In this document: piece by piece, positions 41,369-51,737 of the stretch | Layout of the letters: each line of letters starts with the position of its first letter | How positions within the stretch are numbered: position 1 is the stretch's first letter | IMG/VR virus record: IMGVR_UViG_3300008266_000006 | Coordinates: 1-64,000 of that record | Strand: one strand, 5' to 3' | Length of the DNA: 64,000 bases | DNA from: a virus | Notes under the pieces: model-generated | What the model was told of the DNA's origin: nothing | Database searches by the model: none | Seen by the model: the letters and a program-made list of their open reading frames with translations, nothing else | Translations under genes and position numbers: made by a program

Positions 41369-42083
41369 TTAACTAAAAAAACCACTAAATGGATTTAGTG
41401 AAGGCCTTCTTTGTGCTGCTTCATAAGCTGCCATTCCCTGTGAAGTAACTCCACCCCCAGCAGCTGGGTTAACAAGCGCCCCTGTGCTTGTTGGTGATGC
41501 TATAGGCAACGCTGTAAGAGATCTGCCGGAACTTCTCGGTGTGCCTCTAGAAATAGCTCTGCCAGTAGAAGCTGCCCTTCTAGACATTCTCCCAGTTCCT
41601 TCTAAAGCCTGTCCGGCAAAACCTACCCCTGATGTAGCAGCTCGTGCTAAATTGCGTTTACCAAGACCCTTAACAGCTAGACTGCCAGCTCCAAATAAAG
41701 AAGCTCCAGCCAAGGCATAACCTCCAGCTGCTCCCATAATATCGCCCTGTTGCTGATTATAAGCACCGGTATCCTGCAGCACCGACCCCTACCACACCAG
41801 CCATTTTTGCTCCTGCAAATCTTCTTGATGCCTGCCCAGAAAGTTTTCCTGAAGCTCTTGCTGTTTCTCTTGCGACACGTTCAAAAGCTCTTGCTGTTGC
41901 ATGCTTTGAAATTCCACGTTTACCTAGAGCCAAAGAACCAACACCTAGTGCTGTTCCCACACCCATGGTACCCATGCCAGCATTTGTGTAACCAGCACCA
42001 GTTGCCTTATAGCCGGCATAGCCTATGCCAGCTCCTGCTGCAACGCCCATTGCTGCTTTTGATCCAATGCTAAAATAACCCAT
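41369..42083 (-). CDS. Gly/Ala-rich membrane or virion protein, one gene with a +1 frameshift at about 41768
   Basis: ORFs 41757-42083 and 41369-41782 join as AAGY-[C]-GAYNQQ; span 715 = 3n+1. Confidence 0.6.
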
Positions 42084-42122
42084 ATTTTTCCTTTAATAGA
42101 TATAACTATAGTACTTTTTTTT

Positions 42123-43088
42123 GTGATTTTACACACAAATGCTTCTAACTGTGCTATACTTTTCCTACGAAGTCAGATGCTCTTGGTGGGCAAGAACCCC
42201 TTGCCCACTGAGCTGTTTTATTTGGAGGAATATTTGATTGCCCAAATAGAGAATGTTTCTTCAAAAGAAATTCTTTTAAATATAAATAAGTACTTGGATC
42301 TGTTTCTAGCAGATGGAGTGATCCATTTTAAAAAACTTTTTGCCACCACTAAAGAACAGTGGGATATAACATGTGCCATTGGGGAACACTTTGGTTTTTT
42401 GCCAAATTTGACTCTTAAAGAAGAAATGCGTCCACCATTTTATTGTGTTGAAAATGAAGATCATAAAAATACTTTTAATAGACATTTAAGTGGTCCTACT
42501 AATATTTCTCGTAAAAAAAGTATTTTTATTGAATGGCACATGGAAAATATCCATCAAGATAATCCACAAATAGCTGCTTCTTGGAATATGATTAAATTTA
42601 AATGTGATCCAAGTTCAGGTACAACAGGTTTTGTTAATATGGCAAAAATATTTTCAATTATCCCTGAAGAATGGATTTCTTTTTTAAAAAAAATAAAAAT
42701 TAAATCTACTACTCACACTGATAATACTGGCACTATTCTTTTTTTAGACGACCATTCGTCTGGCACTGAGAGACCGATAATACAAAAGCACTATAAGACA
42801 AACGTTCCAGTAGTAAGAATGGGTTTTTACCCTAATGAAAACCTATTATCATCTGTTGATGGATTAGATCCTTCTGAAGAAGACATATTCTTATTTAAGC
42901 AAATAGAAGGATACATCTCAGAAGAAGTACTCAATAATTCTGATATCCAACATTGGATTAGTTGGGATGAAGGAGATTTGGTATTAGTTGATTTATTTAC
43001 CATGGCTCACGCAGTAAGAGGCGGTTTTTCTTTAGGCGAAAGAATATTTTCTAGAGTTTGGTGCTATCAACAAGAACCATTCAATTAA
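42123..43088 (+). CDS. TauD/TfdA-family dioxygenase
   Basis: WHME, GTTGFVNM, WDEGDLVLVD, H...R; true start probably about 42234. Confidence 0.8.
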   Translation: MILHTNASNCAILFLRSQMLLVGKNPLPTELFYLEEYLIAQIENVSSKEILLNINKYLDLFLADGVIHFKKLFATTKEQWDITCAIGEHFGFLPNLTLKEEMRPPFYCVENEDHKNTFNRHLSGPTNISRKKSIFIEWHMENIHQDNPQIAASWNMIKFKCDPSSGTTGFVNMAKIFSIIPEEWISFLKKIKIKSTTHTDNTGTILFLDDHSSGTERPIIQKHYKTNVPVVRMGFYPNENLLSSVDGLDPSEEDIFLFKQIEGYISEEVLNNSDIQHWISWDEGDLVLVDLFTMAHAVRGGFSLGERIFSRVWCYQQEPFN

Positions 43089-43104
43089 ATGATATAATAT
43101 TCGT

Positions 43105-43452
43105 ATGGGAATGTTTGATTACGTTGATATAAATTATGATATGCCCATTCCTGATAATGCTACCCAAGAACAAAAAATATTTATTAAAAACTCAATAGCT
43201 GCTGATAATTTTCAAACACAGGATTTACACTGTGTTCTAGATGTTTTTTATATAGATAAAAACGGATACATGTATCAAAAAAATGGTGATGAATATAAAC
43301 AATATTATGTTCATCAGCACGTAGAATGTTACACGTCTATTGAAATACCGTCTGAAAACTTAAAGTATTGGTTATCTTATAATATTAAATTTACAGATGG
43401 TAAAATACAACAGGTTACGATTAATGAGTGGAGACCTTTAATTAAAGGATAA
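43105..43452 (+). CDS. hypothetical protein (MGMFD family)
   Basis: leaderless promoter; MGMFDY...FQTQDL...FTDGK. Confidence 0.7.
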   Translation: MGMFDYVDINYDMPIPDNATQEQKIFIKNSIAADNFQTQDLHCVLDVFYIDKNGYMYQKNGDEYKQYYVHQHVECYTSIEIPSENLKYWLSYNIKFTDGKIQQVTINEWRPLIKG

Positions 43453-43454
43453 TT

Positions 43455-43673
43455 ATGACATATACTGAGATCTACAAGCAGATACTTGAATCTGTAAAAA
43501 AAGACGGCTACCCAGAAAATGCTCAAGTCATAGCTGCAAAGAATATTACAGACGCACTATGGCAAATGCACATACTTTTTAATAGTCCTAAAAGTGTAGC
43601 CTCTGTAAATACTTTAAATACTATTAAGGATATTATTGAAAATCGGTTTAACGAACCAATCAAATTTGGCTAA
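43455..43673 (+). CDS. hypothetical protein
   Basis: AAGGA RBS; possible +1 extension to 43704. Confidence 0.6.
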   Translation: MTYTEIYKQILESVKKDGYPENAQVIAAKNITDALWQMHILFNSPKSVASVNTLNTIKDIIENRFNEPIKFG

Positions 43674-43706
43674 TTATTTAAATTCAAACTGGTTTTCTGA
43701 ATAATT

Positions 43707-43781
<75 letters not shown>

Positions 43782-43835
43782 TTTTATAGCATTTGATTAC
43801 TATTTTGATATAACCAAAATATCAAAGGGGTAGTC

Positions 43836-44039
43836 ATGGCCGGCAAAAAACCAGCAAAAGTAAATTCAGGTAATAAAACAGTACAGCCAACCTTACCAGG
43901 TAAAGCTACGTATTATATGGCTGCTTTAAAGGGCGTTTTTCATATTTGCCCTAAGTGTTCTAAAAAAACAGGTCGTGGTATAGTATATGAAGACCAAAAT
44001 CAACTATATTGCTCAAGAAGATGTGTGACAACAGCATAA
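43836..44039 (+). CDS. small zinc-finger protein
   Basis: CPKC...YCSRRC. Confidence 0.65.
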   Translation: MAGKKPAKVNSGNKTVQPTLPGKATYYMAALKGVFHICPKCSKKTGRGIVYEDQNQLYCSRRCVTTA

Positions 44040-44058
44040 TTTTTAAAAGGATATTTTA

Positions 44059-45813
44059 ATGGCAAAAACTCCGCATCGTGCAATACAGATAGGTCTTGCT
44101 GGCCAACAATTTCAGAATCCTTCTGGAAAAGTTGATAGTCGTTTTGGTATGGTCGGTGCTAGTGGTATAGATATTAACCATGGTTGGAAAATCCACGCTG
44201 ACTTTGAAAAGCAAATTGCTTTAGACGATTTCTTTTATGCCATGGGTAGATCTGCAACTGGTGAAATAACTGATGCAAAAACTGCCAAAGAAATGGACAC
44301 CTTACTTGGCAAAGTTGGTATGTCTTATGATGAGTTTAAAAATGCTTTTATTGGAAATCCATCTAAAAAACTTGATGGGGCAGGGCTCATTGGTACAATT
44401 GGTGGACAACAAAAATACATGCATCCGTTGCCAGTGCTTGAAACTATGGGCGTCATGGAAGATCTTGGAATGCAGTACAAACTTTCTGGAGGGTATCGTC
44501 AAGGCAGACATCTTACAGCCTATCCACAAACTTTAGAAAGAAGAGATCAAGTTATAACCGCTCTCAATGAAAGAGTAGGCGGAATGCTGCAGTCCCAAGG
44601 AGATCGTACTTATAGGGCTGGGCTTGGATCAACTGGGGCAAAAAATGCACCACTATCTGGTTTTGTTTCTGGTAGATTTACCACAGATTATGCTGATATA
44701 AATCCAGATGGGACTCCAAATTTTCGCGAATCATCATCTGGTCCAACAGAATCCAAATATTCTGTTTCTGGAAAAGTTTCCGAAAGAGAAGCACAAAGGA
44801 TTAATAATGTTTTGGCAGCAGAGCCAGCATTTCAAGAGATTTTGCATGGTTCGCCTGGATATAAGTCACCTTATGCAACAATAGAAGACGTATTTGAAAG
44901 AAGAGTGTCTGGAGCGATACCCCCTAGCCCGTACTCTAAAGAAATGGACGAAGAAATAGTTTATGGCAACACTAGGCCATCTAGAGCTCCTGACCCAATA
45001 ACAACAAAAATTGCAAAAACATCTGAAGAAGCAAAAGCTGTTACTGCAGCTGTAGCTACTCCGGTTAAAAAAGCAGATATAACTGTAACCGGTCCAGTTG
45101 AAAAAGCAGATGTAACTCAACCTGCACCAAAAGCTATTATTGAAACAACAAAAGATGGTAGACCAGTCCTTAAAGTTGGAACACCTGTAAAAAAGGCTGA
45201 AGAACCAATCGCTAAAGAAAGAAAAAGAATACCATTAAAAGCCGGAAAAGTTATTGAAACAAAAGATGCGGCAAAAGGTGGATCAGACATAGATGATAAA
45301 AAAATTGATATGAGTGGCGTTTTAGACGACGCTCTAAGCGTTGCCACTTCACCAAAAGAAGCTTCAGAAGCTTTAGCAGAAAAAGCTAAAGAAAAGATGG
45401 ATCCAACTAAAAAAGTAGAAGAAAGAGTTGAAAAAGAAAAAGAAAAAGCTCAAGAACAATTATTAGAAAATATCATAGAAACAGATAATGCTAGATTTAG
45501 AAGTGCTGCTGGCAAAGCGCCAGTTGATACTGCTTTCAAGAAAAAACTTGTTGAAGGAATAACTAGTGTTACAGGAAAAGCTCCAGGAAGAACTACTATG
45601 GAAATACTTGATGCTAGTGAGGGTTTAGCGGGAAGTGTTATATCAGCAGCAAAAAATGGAAAAAATCTTAGACTTGCAGGAACCGCAGCATTGCTTTCTG
45701 TAGCTGGTTTTGCTATAGGTAAAGGTAGAGATAAAATTGGAAATCAGCCAGATGGCCCAATGGGCCCAGATGAAGCTTCAAATTTGAGAAGAAGCTTAAT
45801 GTCTGATGGTTAA
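44059..45813 (+). CDS. protein with N-terminal LanKC/OspF-like lyase motifs and a low-complexity C-half
   Basis: GWKIHA, YKL, QGRHLTAYP. Confidence 0.5.
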   Translation: MAKTPHRAIQIGLAGQQFQNPSGKVDSRFGMVGASGIDINHGWKIHADFEKQIALDDFFYAMGRSATGEITDAKTAKEMDTLLGKVGMSYDEFKNAFIGNPSKKLDGAGLIGTIGGQQKYMHPLPVLETMGVMEDLGMQYKLSGGYRQGRHLTAYPQTLERRDQVITALNERVGGMLQSQGDRTYRAGLGSTGAKNAPLSGFVSGRFTTDYADINPDGTPNFRESSSGPTESKYSVSGKVSEREAQRINNVLAAEPAFQEILHGSPGYKSPYATIEDVFERRVSGAIPPSPYSKEMDEEIVYGNTRPSRAPDPITTKIAKTSEEAKAVTAAVATPVKKADITVTGPVEKADVTQPAPKAIIETTKDGRPVLKVGTPVKKAEEPIAKERKRIPLKAGKVIETKDAAKGGSDIDDKKIDMSGVLDDALSVATSPKEASEALAEKAKEKMDPTKKVEERVEKEKEKAQEQLLENIIETDNARFRSAAGKAPVDTAFKKKLVEGITSVTGKAPGRTTMEILDASEGLAGSVISAAKNGKNLRLAGTAALLSVAGFAIGKGRDKIGNQPDGPMGPDEASNLRRSLMSDG

Positions 45814-45876
45814 TTTTGCGCAAAAACAAAAACTGTAGTACTATTATTATATAATTTTAACTAAAATGGAGTAAAT

Positions 45877-46209
45877 ATGTCTATTTATTGGCTAGCAGAA
45901 TTTTTAGAAAATCTTGAACAAAAAGAGATGGCAAGCATGCCGCTACCGGAACTTGAGTTTGCCAACGCTTTGTTGTCCATTGCTGCAAAATATGGCAAAC
46001 TTGCTAATAATGACGGTAAGGGCATTTGGGTTGGATACACTCCAGCTGCTGAAAACGACAATGCTGAAATGGGCGTTATGTGCAAAAACTGCTATTTACG
46101 TGAATCAGAAACAACATGTAAAATTGTAGCTCAAGAAATTGAACTTGGTGGTCTTTGCCGCCTTGCAGCAATTCCAGATGGATTAGTTACTCAAGGTGAT
46201 AGAGAATGA
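45877..46209 (+). CDS. HiPIP-like four-Cys protein
   Basis: CKNC-x8-CKIV-x-x-EI-x-x-GGLCRL. Confidence 0.55.
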   Translation: MSIYWLAEFLENLEQKEMASMPLPELEFANALLSIAAKYGKLANNDGKGIWVGYTPAAENDNAEMGVMCKNCYLRESETTCKIVAQEIELGGLCRLAAIPDGLVTQGDRE

Positions 46210-46613
46210 AAAATGTTTGGCTCTCAAATTTAGACTACCAAGTCTATAAATTAAAAACAATTAACGAAGCTGCGTACAATAAATCAGATGACGATGAAGA
46301 AATGCCTGAAGACGAAGAAGAAGACGGCGATGAAGAAGAAGGCCCAGAATCAAAGTTAAATAATCGTCAAAAAATGATGTATGAACTCTATGAAGAAGTC
46401 GTAGAGATGCATGGTAAATTTAACCAAACCGCAAAAGCTAATGGTGCACACTATGCGCCAGCATCAGCTAACCCTTTCAAAGATAAAGGAATGGCTTGTG
46501 CTAATTGCGTTTATTTTATCGGTGGTGGCGGATGTGAAATAGTCTCTGGCAAAATAGAGCCAATGGCTATTTGTAAGCTTTGGATTATCCCAGAAGAATT
46601 GATTAAAAAGTAA
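46206..46613 (+). CDS. HiPIP-like four-Cys protein (paralog)
   Basis: CANC-x8-CEIVSGKIEPMAICKLW. Confidence 0.6.
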   Translation: MKNVWLSNLDYQVYKLKTINEAAYNKSDDDEEMPEDEEEDGDEEEGPESKLNNRQKMMYELYEEVVEMHGKFNQTAKANGAHYAPASANPFKDKGMACANCVYFIGGGGCEIVSGKIEPMAICKLWIIPEELIKK

Positions 46614-46858
46614 TGAAAGTTTGGATTGATCAAGACTTATGCACTGGAGATGGACTATGTGCAGAGATAGCGCCAGATGTATTCCATATGATGCCGGATG
46701 GTCTTGCATATGTCAAAGAAGGAACCAAAATTTATGCGGAAGCTGTGGGAAACCCACAAGGAGCCGCTGGTCTGGCATCTTTTTCGGAAGAAAGATTAGG
46801 AGACGTAGTTGAAGCAGCAGAAGAATGCCCAGGAGAATGTATCTTCATCGAACCATAA
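46613..46858 (+). CDS. ferredoxin (single-cluster, actinobacterial type)
   Basis: IDQDLCTGDGLCAEIAPDVF...ECPGECI. Confidence 0.92.
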   Translation: MKVWIDQDLCTGDGLCAEIAPDVFHMMPDGLAYVKEGTKIYAEAVGNPQGAAGLASFSEERLGDVVEAAEECPGECIFIEP

Positions 46859-46954
46859 TGAGTTAGACTATCTAACTCTTCAAGAAAAGCTTGAAGAATT
46901 ATGGAAGAAAGAAAAAGAGTTTTTAGAAAAACTTAATGTAGATCCAGGAACAAA

Positions 46955-47653
46955 ATGAACACCGTAGAATTCTACGAAAAAAATGGCTATGCTATTTTAA
47001 AAAATGCGATTCCTGAAACTTTAATAAATCAGTATGAAAAACTTTGGTTAGATCACCACTCACAAAATGGGCAGATATTAAATTATCATGGTTGGACTAG
47101 CTCAAGTTCTTACATGAACCATAAAGAAATATTAGATATATTATGTCATGAAAATATATTTAATTTTTTAAAGTTGTTAAATAATAATATTGTCCTTCAT
47201 TTATCTTTTACTAGTTGGGTTTCAACTAGAAAAGCTTGGCATCAGGATTGGACAAAAGCTGATAAACAAGGCGCAAACAACTATTTCGGAGTATGGGTAG
47301 CACTGGATAAAATTGATCCTAATTCTGGCCCATTTCAGTTTATCCCTGGTTCACACAATTGGGATATTGACTACAACCTAATTTATGATAAATCAAATAA
47401 AGATCAAGTTAGCAATCTTTTAATACAAGAGTCTTTAAAGCGAGAAGCTTTAGCATATTCTTTTTTGCCAGATAAAGGTGATTTAATCATATGGAATGGT
47501 CATTTGATACATAGAGGTTCAGACCCAGTAGACGAAAATATTTTAAGAAAGTCTATTATTGGTCATTATGGTATAATTAATGGAAATATTGTAAGTCATA
47601 AAACTGGATTTTATCATTCTGATAAATCTTCTGCTATTGACTTATATAAATAA
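46955..47653 (+). CDS. phytanoyl-CoA dioxygenase (PhyH) family
   Basis: WHQD, VWVALD, GPFQFIPGSH, HRG. Confidence 0.88.
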   Translation: MNTVEFYEKNGYAILKNAIPETLINQYEKLWLDHHSQNGQILNYHGWTSSSSYMNHKEILDILCHENIFNFLKLLNNNIVLHLSFTSWVSTRKAWHQDWTKADKQGANNYFGVWVALDKIDPNSGPFQFIPGSHNWDIDYNLIYDKSNKDQVSNLLIQESLKREALAYSFLPDKGDLIIWNGHLIHRGSDPVDENILRKSIIGHYGIINGNIVSHKTGFYHSDKSSAIDLYK

Positions 47654-47679
47654 AATTAACACCTTCCTCAAAGGAACAT

Positions 47680-48737
47680 ATGAAGCAGGCACCTAAGCTA
47701 ATAGAAAATACTGATATATCAATTAAAATACAATGGCCCGATAATGGTCATAGCATATATCATTACATCTGGTTAAGAGACAATTGCTCTTGCTGCAGGC
47801 ACTCTCAAACTAACCATAGACTAGTAGAAACATCTAACCTACCTTTAGATATAAAGCCACAAGAAACAATATTTTCTGATAAAGAATTAAAAATTTACTG
47901 GAAAGATGGCCATATAAGTTTATTTTCTTTTGAATGCTTTCTGAAAAAAATTCAAGTTCAAAAGAAAACTTATCAAAAATAATAGAAGGATTTTACCAAT
48001 ACGGAATTATTTTTATAAAAAATATTCCAGTACCACATGTTGACGTATTGGATATAGTTGATTTTTTTGGATACATTAGAGAAACAAATTGGGGTAGGAC
48101 TTATCATGTGAAATCATACGCTGATGCTAATAGTGTTGCATATACAAACCATGCCTTATTTGGACACACAGATGATCCTTATAGGGACCCAATAGCTACA
48201 GCGCAGATAAGTTTATTCACTAAAAATACTACAAAAGGTGGAGAATCTACTTTATGCGATGGTTTTAAAATCGCAGAAGATATGAGAGTTCTGTATCCAG
48301 AACATTTTGAGCTTCTTGCAAAAACTCCAATTCATTTTTATTTAAAAGATAATAACAACATTTTTGAATCTATAAAAACAATAATAGAATTAGATTCTAT
48401 TGGACAAATTAATTGTATTAGATATTCTAATCACTCAAGTCAGCCATTTAATTTGCCTCCAGAAAAAATGTACGATTTTTATGCTGCGTATCAACAATTT
48501 GGGAAAATGCGAGAGCATCAAAAGTACCAATTAAAAATAAAGATGAACCAAGGCGATCTTTATATGATAGATAATACTAGGATCTTGCATGGGCGATCAG
48601 AGTATAGTGCAACTGAAGGTGAGAGAAATATCCATGGTTGCTTCCTTGAAAAAGATCAAATTCTTAGTAATTGGAAAATAAATCGTTTGAAAACAGACTC
48701 CTACTGGTCTTATTGGCTCAAAATGTCGAGGTACTAA
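47680..48737 (+). pseudogene. gamma-butyrobetaine/trimethyllysine dioxygenase-like, split into two ORFs
   Basis: N-terminal WLRDNC-x-C zinc domain (47680-47982) out of frame with the HTD...DNTRILHGR domain (47934-48737); linker appears short. Confidence 0.75.
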
Positions 48738-48738
48738 A

Positions 48739-49944
48739 ATGAAACCAGTTTATTCTGCTGAAGCAGAAGAATACAGAAATGTAGTTAAAACTTTTTTATC
48801 CAATAACCTCCCAAAAGATTGGGCTGGAATGGGAAAATTAAATGAAAAAGAATTTAATGAATTTGTTTTACAGTGGAGAAAAAAGCTTTCAACTACAACA
48901 TTTTTAGCCCCAACTTGGCCCAAAAAGTACGGGGGGGCCGACGCCTCTCCGATGGAACATGTAATAATTGCTGAAGAATTTACAAAAGCTGGCGTTCCAA
49001 TGGGAAGTATCAATGATTCTATGAGTATCAGAATGTTAGGGAATACACTTCTGCTTCTTGGCACAGAAGCGCAGAAAGAATACTACTTACCAAAAATTAT
49101 ATCTGGAGAACATGTTTGGTCTCAGGGTTTTAGTGAACCAAATGCAGGAAGTGATTTAGCTAATATATCTTTGTCCGCCAAAAAATACGGAGATGCTTGG
49201 ATCTTAAATGGCCAGAAGATATGGACCTCCTCTGCGATGACGTCTAATCATATAATGACCTTAGCTAGAACTGATAGCACTATGGGCAGGCATAAGGGAT
49301 TAACATTTTTTTTAGTTGATATGAATCAACCGGGTCTTGAGGTAAGACCAATAAATATGTTGTCTGGCTATAAAGAATTTAATGAAGTATTTTATAGGGA
49401 CGTTGTAGTAAAAGAGGAAGAGATCCTTGGTGAGATAAACAATGGTTGGGCAGTTGCTATGACTCTTTTGGGCCATGAGAGAGGTGGCAATGCGTCAGTA
49501 CTCCCAATTCTTCTTGAAGAAGAGATCCAAAAATTAATTAGACTAGCACAGCAAAACAAAACTAATTTGAGCCCAATTATACGAGATTCGTTGGCAGCAT
49601 GCTACTCAAAAGTCCAAATTTTAAAATGGTCTGGTCTAAGAACATTATCAAAATATTTACACGGTGCTCAATTGGGTCCAGAATCCGCAATAGCCAAATT
49701 AGCTTGGAGTGAGTATCACCAAGAAGTTTTGGAGCTTTCTACTGAAATACTAGGTGCAGAAGCCATGATCTTAGAGGGAAGAAAGCCATCAAACCTGTTG
49801 ATAACAGATGATATAGGTTCAGAAAACTCTTCGATGAGTTGGATTATGACATTTTTAAACGCTAGATCAGAGATAATCTATGCGGGCTCTTCTGAAATAC
49901 AAAGAAATATCATTGCAGAAAAAGTGTTGGGACTGCCTAAATAA
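48739..49944 (+). CDS. acyl-CoA dehydrogenase (FadE-type)
   Basis: QGFSEPNAGSD, NGQKIWTS, FNEVF, IYAGSSEIQRNII. Confidence 0.92.
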   Translation: MKPVYSAEAEEYRNVVKTFLSNNLPKDWAGMGKLNEKEFNEFVLQWRKKLSTTTFLAPTWPKKYGGADASPMEHVIIAEEFTKAGVPMGSINDSMSIRMLGNTLLLLGTEAQKEYYLPKIISGEHVWSQGFSEPNAGSDLANISLSAKKYGDAWILNGQKIWTSSAMTSNHIMTLARTDSTMGRHKGLTFFLVDMNQPGLEVRPINMLSGYKEFNEVFYRDVVVKEEEILGEINNGWAVAMTLLGHERGGNASVLPILLEEEIQKLIRLAQQNKTNLSPIIRDSLAACYSKVQILKWSGLRTLSKYLHGAQLGPESAIAKLAWSEYHQEVLELSTEILGAEAMILEGRKPSNLLITDDIGSENSSMSWIMTFLNARSEIIYAGSSEIQRNIIAEKVLGLPK

Positions 49945-49989
49945 ATCGTTACTATATCCCCTATAATACTTTAATTTGAAGGGGATTTT

Positions 49990-50241
49990 GTGGAGCAAAT
50001 AAAGAATATAATAATGCGTATTGTTGCAACTTTTGCAGCGTCTGGTCTTGGCGTAATTGGTGCTGGTACAATAGCCGGAGTGCCACTTTGGAAAGCAGTT
50101 TTTATGGCAGGGATTGCTGGAGTAGCAACCGTAATTGAAGGTCTTTCAAGAGCTTTTTTAGACGACGGGAAACTTTCAGTTGCTGAAATTAATCAGGTAT
50201 TTAATCAAGTAGACAAAAAGGTTAAAAAAGCAGGCGAATGA
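49990..50241 (+). CDS. holin-like small membrane protein
   Basis: two TM segments, charged C-terminus. Confidence 0.55.
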   Translation: MEQIKNIIMRIVATFAASGLGVIGAGTIAGVPLWKAVFMAGIAGVATVIEGLSRAFLDDGKLSVAEINQVFNQVDKKVKKAGE

Positions 50242-50344
50242 TGCGTCAAAATCATGAAAAGTCTGAGTGCAAATGCGCACATTGCGATTGTGAAACCTCA
50301 TGTTTGAACAGTTGTACTTGCAACGAATTAATGGGTTATAGTGC

Positions 50345-50578
50345 ATGTACAAGTCATCACGATTAATTAAACTGCTTCCAATCATGCTGATTGCAGTTTC
50401 AGCCTGCGGCTATGACGGAAGCTATAGATATGAGTGTCAAGATCCAGAGAATTGGGAAGCAGAGGAGTGTAATCCACCATTATGTCTAGTAGATGGAATG
50501 TGCACAGAAACATTGCTTGGTTTCGATCCAAGCGAAACAACAATAGAAACACCTACACAAGAAACGGTAGCGCCATGA
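50345..50578 (+). CDS. Cys-rich lipoprotein
   Basis: lipobox VSAC; YRYECQDPENW...C-x-PP-x-C-x4-C. Confidence 0.7.
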   Translation: MYKSSRLIKLLPIMLIAVSACGYDGSYRYECQDPENWEAEECNPPLCLVDGMCTETLLGFDPSETTIETPTQETVAP

Positions 50579-50838
50579 AAAAAAGACTAACACCCGAAGA
50601 ACTTGATGCTCGATTAAAATTTGTTGTTGGATGTGTTTTGGCTGGTGTTTTAACACTAACAACAATTGGTGTTTTATACGCATTAGTGTTTGTCACACAG
50701 CCAATTGGCGCTCAAGCTGAAAATGACAAAATGTTTTTTGGAGTTCTTTCTAGCGTTGCCACCTTTATCACTGGAACACTTGCTGGCCTAATGATATCTA
50801 CTGGTCGTAATTCTAAAGAAGAAGAATTAGAAGACTAA
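50575..50838 (+). CDS. two-TM membrane protein
   Basis: ATGA overlap; two hydrophobic helices. Confidence 0.7.
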   Translation: MKKRLTPEELDARLKFVVGCVLAGVLTLTTIGVLYALVFVTQPIGAQAENDKMFFGVLSSVATFITGTLAGLMISTGRNSKEEELED

Positions 50839-51467
50839 GAGTACGGCTTATTTAGCCATTTTTTTACAACCCAAAAAGTTGTTGTGACATAACGATCACC
50901 AGATGTTACTGGATTTACGCCATGAGCGTAATTTCCACCTGCTGGGAATATTAACACTGAACCAGCTTTTGGCTTGAATTCAAGATCGTACTGGCTAAAA
51001 AATATTTCTCCACCAGTGTAGTTATCATTATAATATAGTATATTGCTGACATCTCTCCAAGATTCACAGATCTTATCTGCGTGCTCATTTAGCATAGAGC
51101 CTGTTCTATATTCGGTAATGCTGTTTATTTCAGATTTTTCTAATTCACATTCAAATGTTTCTTCCAGAAGAAGTTGAACCTTGTCCCTATACTTAATAAG
51201 TACTTCTAGTAAGTCTCTGGTATTTTGATTAAAGTTTGGATCGTCTGGATGACAATCTTGGACCAAATAGGCCCTTAAAGGGTATTCATGCATTTTATAT
51301 TTATCTATGACAAAGTTTCCATCTTTAATTCCTTTGTCAATAGTGAGTAAATCTTCTTCTGAGATAAAATTTTCAATTAAGTAAATATTTTTAACATCGT
51401 CAGTATCTATGAGTAGATCTTTGCTGCCTTCATAGATATATCCACTTTTATTTGGAATAATTGCCAT
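50835..51467 (-). CDS. 2OG-Fe(II) oxygenase (prolyl-4-hydroxylase-like)
   Basis: HAD, YYNDNYTGGE, HGV, GDR; reads on the minus strand (CAT at 51465-51467) although the ORF track labels it +. Confidence 0.88.
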   Translation of the reverse strand: MAIIPNKSGYIYEGSKDLLIDTDDVKNIYLIENFISEEDLLTIDKGIKDGNFVIDKYKMHEYPLRAYLVQDCHPDDPNFNQNTRDLLEVLIKYRDKVQLLLEETFECELEKSEINSITEYRTGSMLNEHADKICESWRDVSNILYYNDNYTGGEIFFSQYDLEFKPKAGSVLIFPAGGNYAHGVNPVTSGDRYVTTTFWVVKKWLNKPYS

Positions 51468-51493
51468 ATTTATATAATACCATATTTCATTTT

Positions 51494-51576
51494 AAAATTC
51501 CTATATAGGGTTAAAATGAGAAAAAATTTTTAAGGGGGTTTTCCATTTTTGAACTTTTTCCCTATATAGGGATTTT
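51494..51576. repeat. 17-bp inverted repeat, each arm containing the palindrome CCTATATAGG
   Basis: AAAATTCCTATATAGGG ... CCCTATATAGGGATTTT (one mismatch). Confidence 0.7.
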
Positions 51577-51737
51577 TATTTTTTTATTAGATTATATAGA
51601 TCTAATAACATGTTCTCCACTTCTTGGTGAGAAAATAACTCTCTTTCAGCTTTAGATACTTCTTTTAAAAAATTTTCAACAGAAAGTTTTATCTCTTCTG
51701 TTTTAGGATCCTTTACTGCAGAAAGTATTCTACTCAT

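Noticed and set aside
50835-51467. Plus-strand assignment in the ORF track
   Set aside because: The listed protein is encoded by the reverse complement (CAT at 51465-51467, CTA at 50835-50837)
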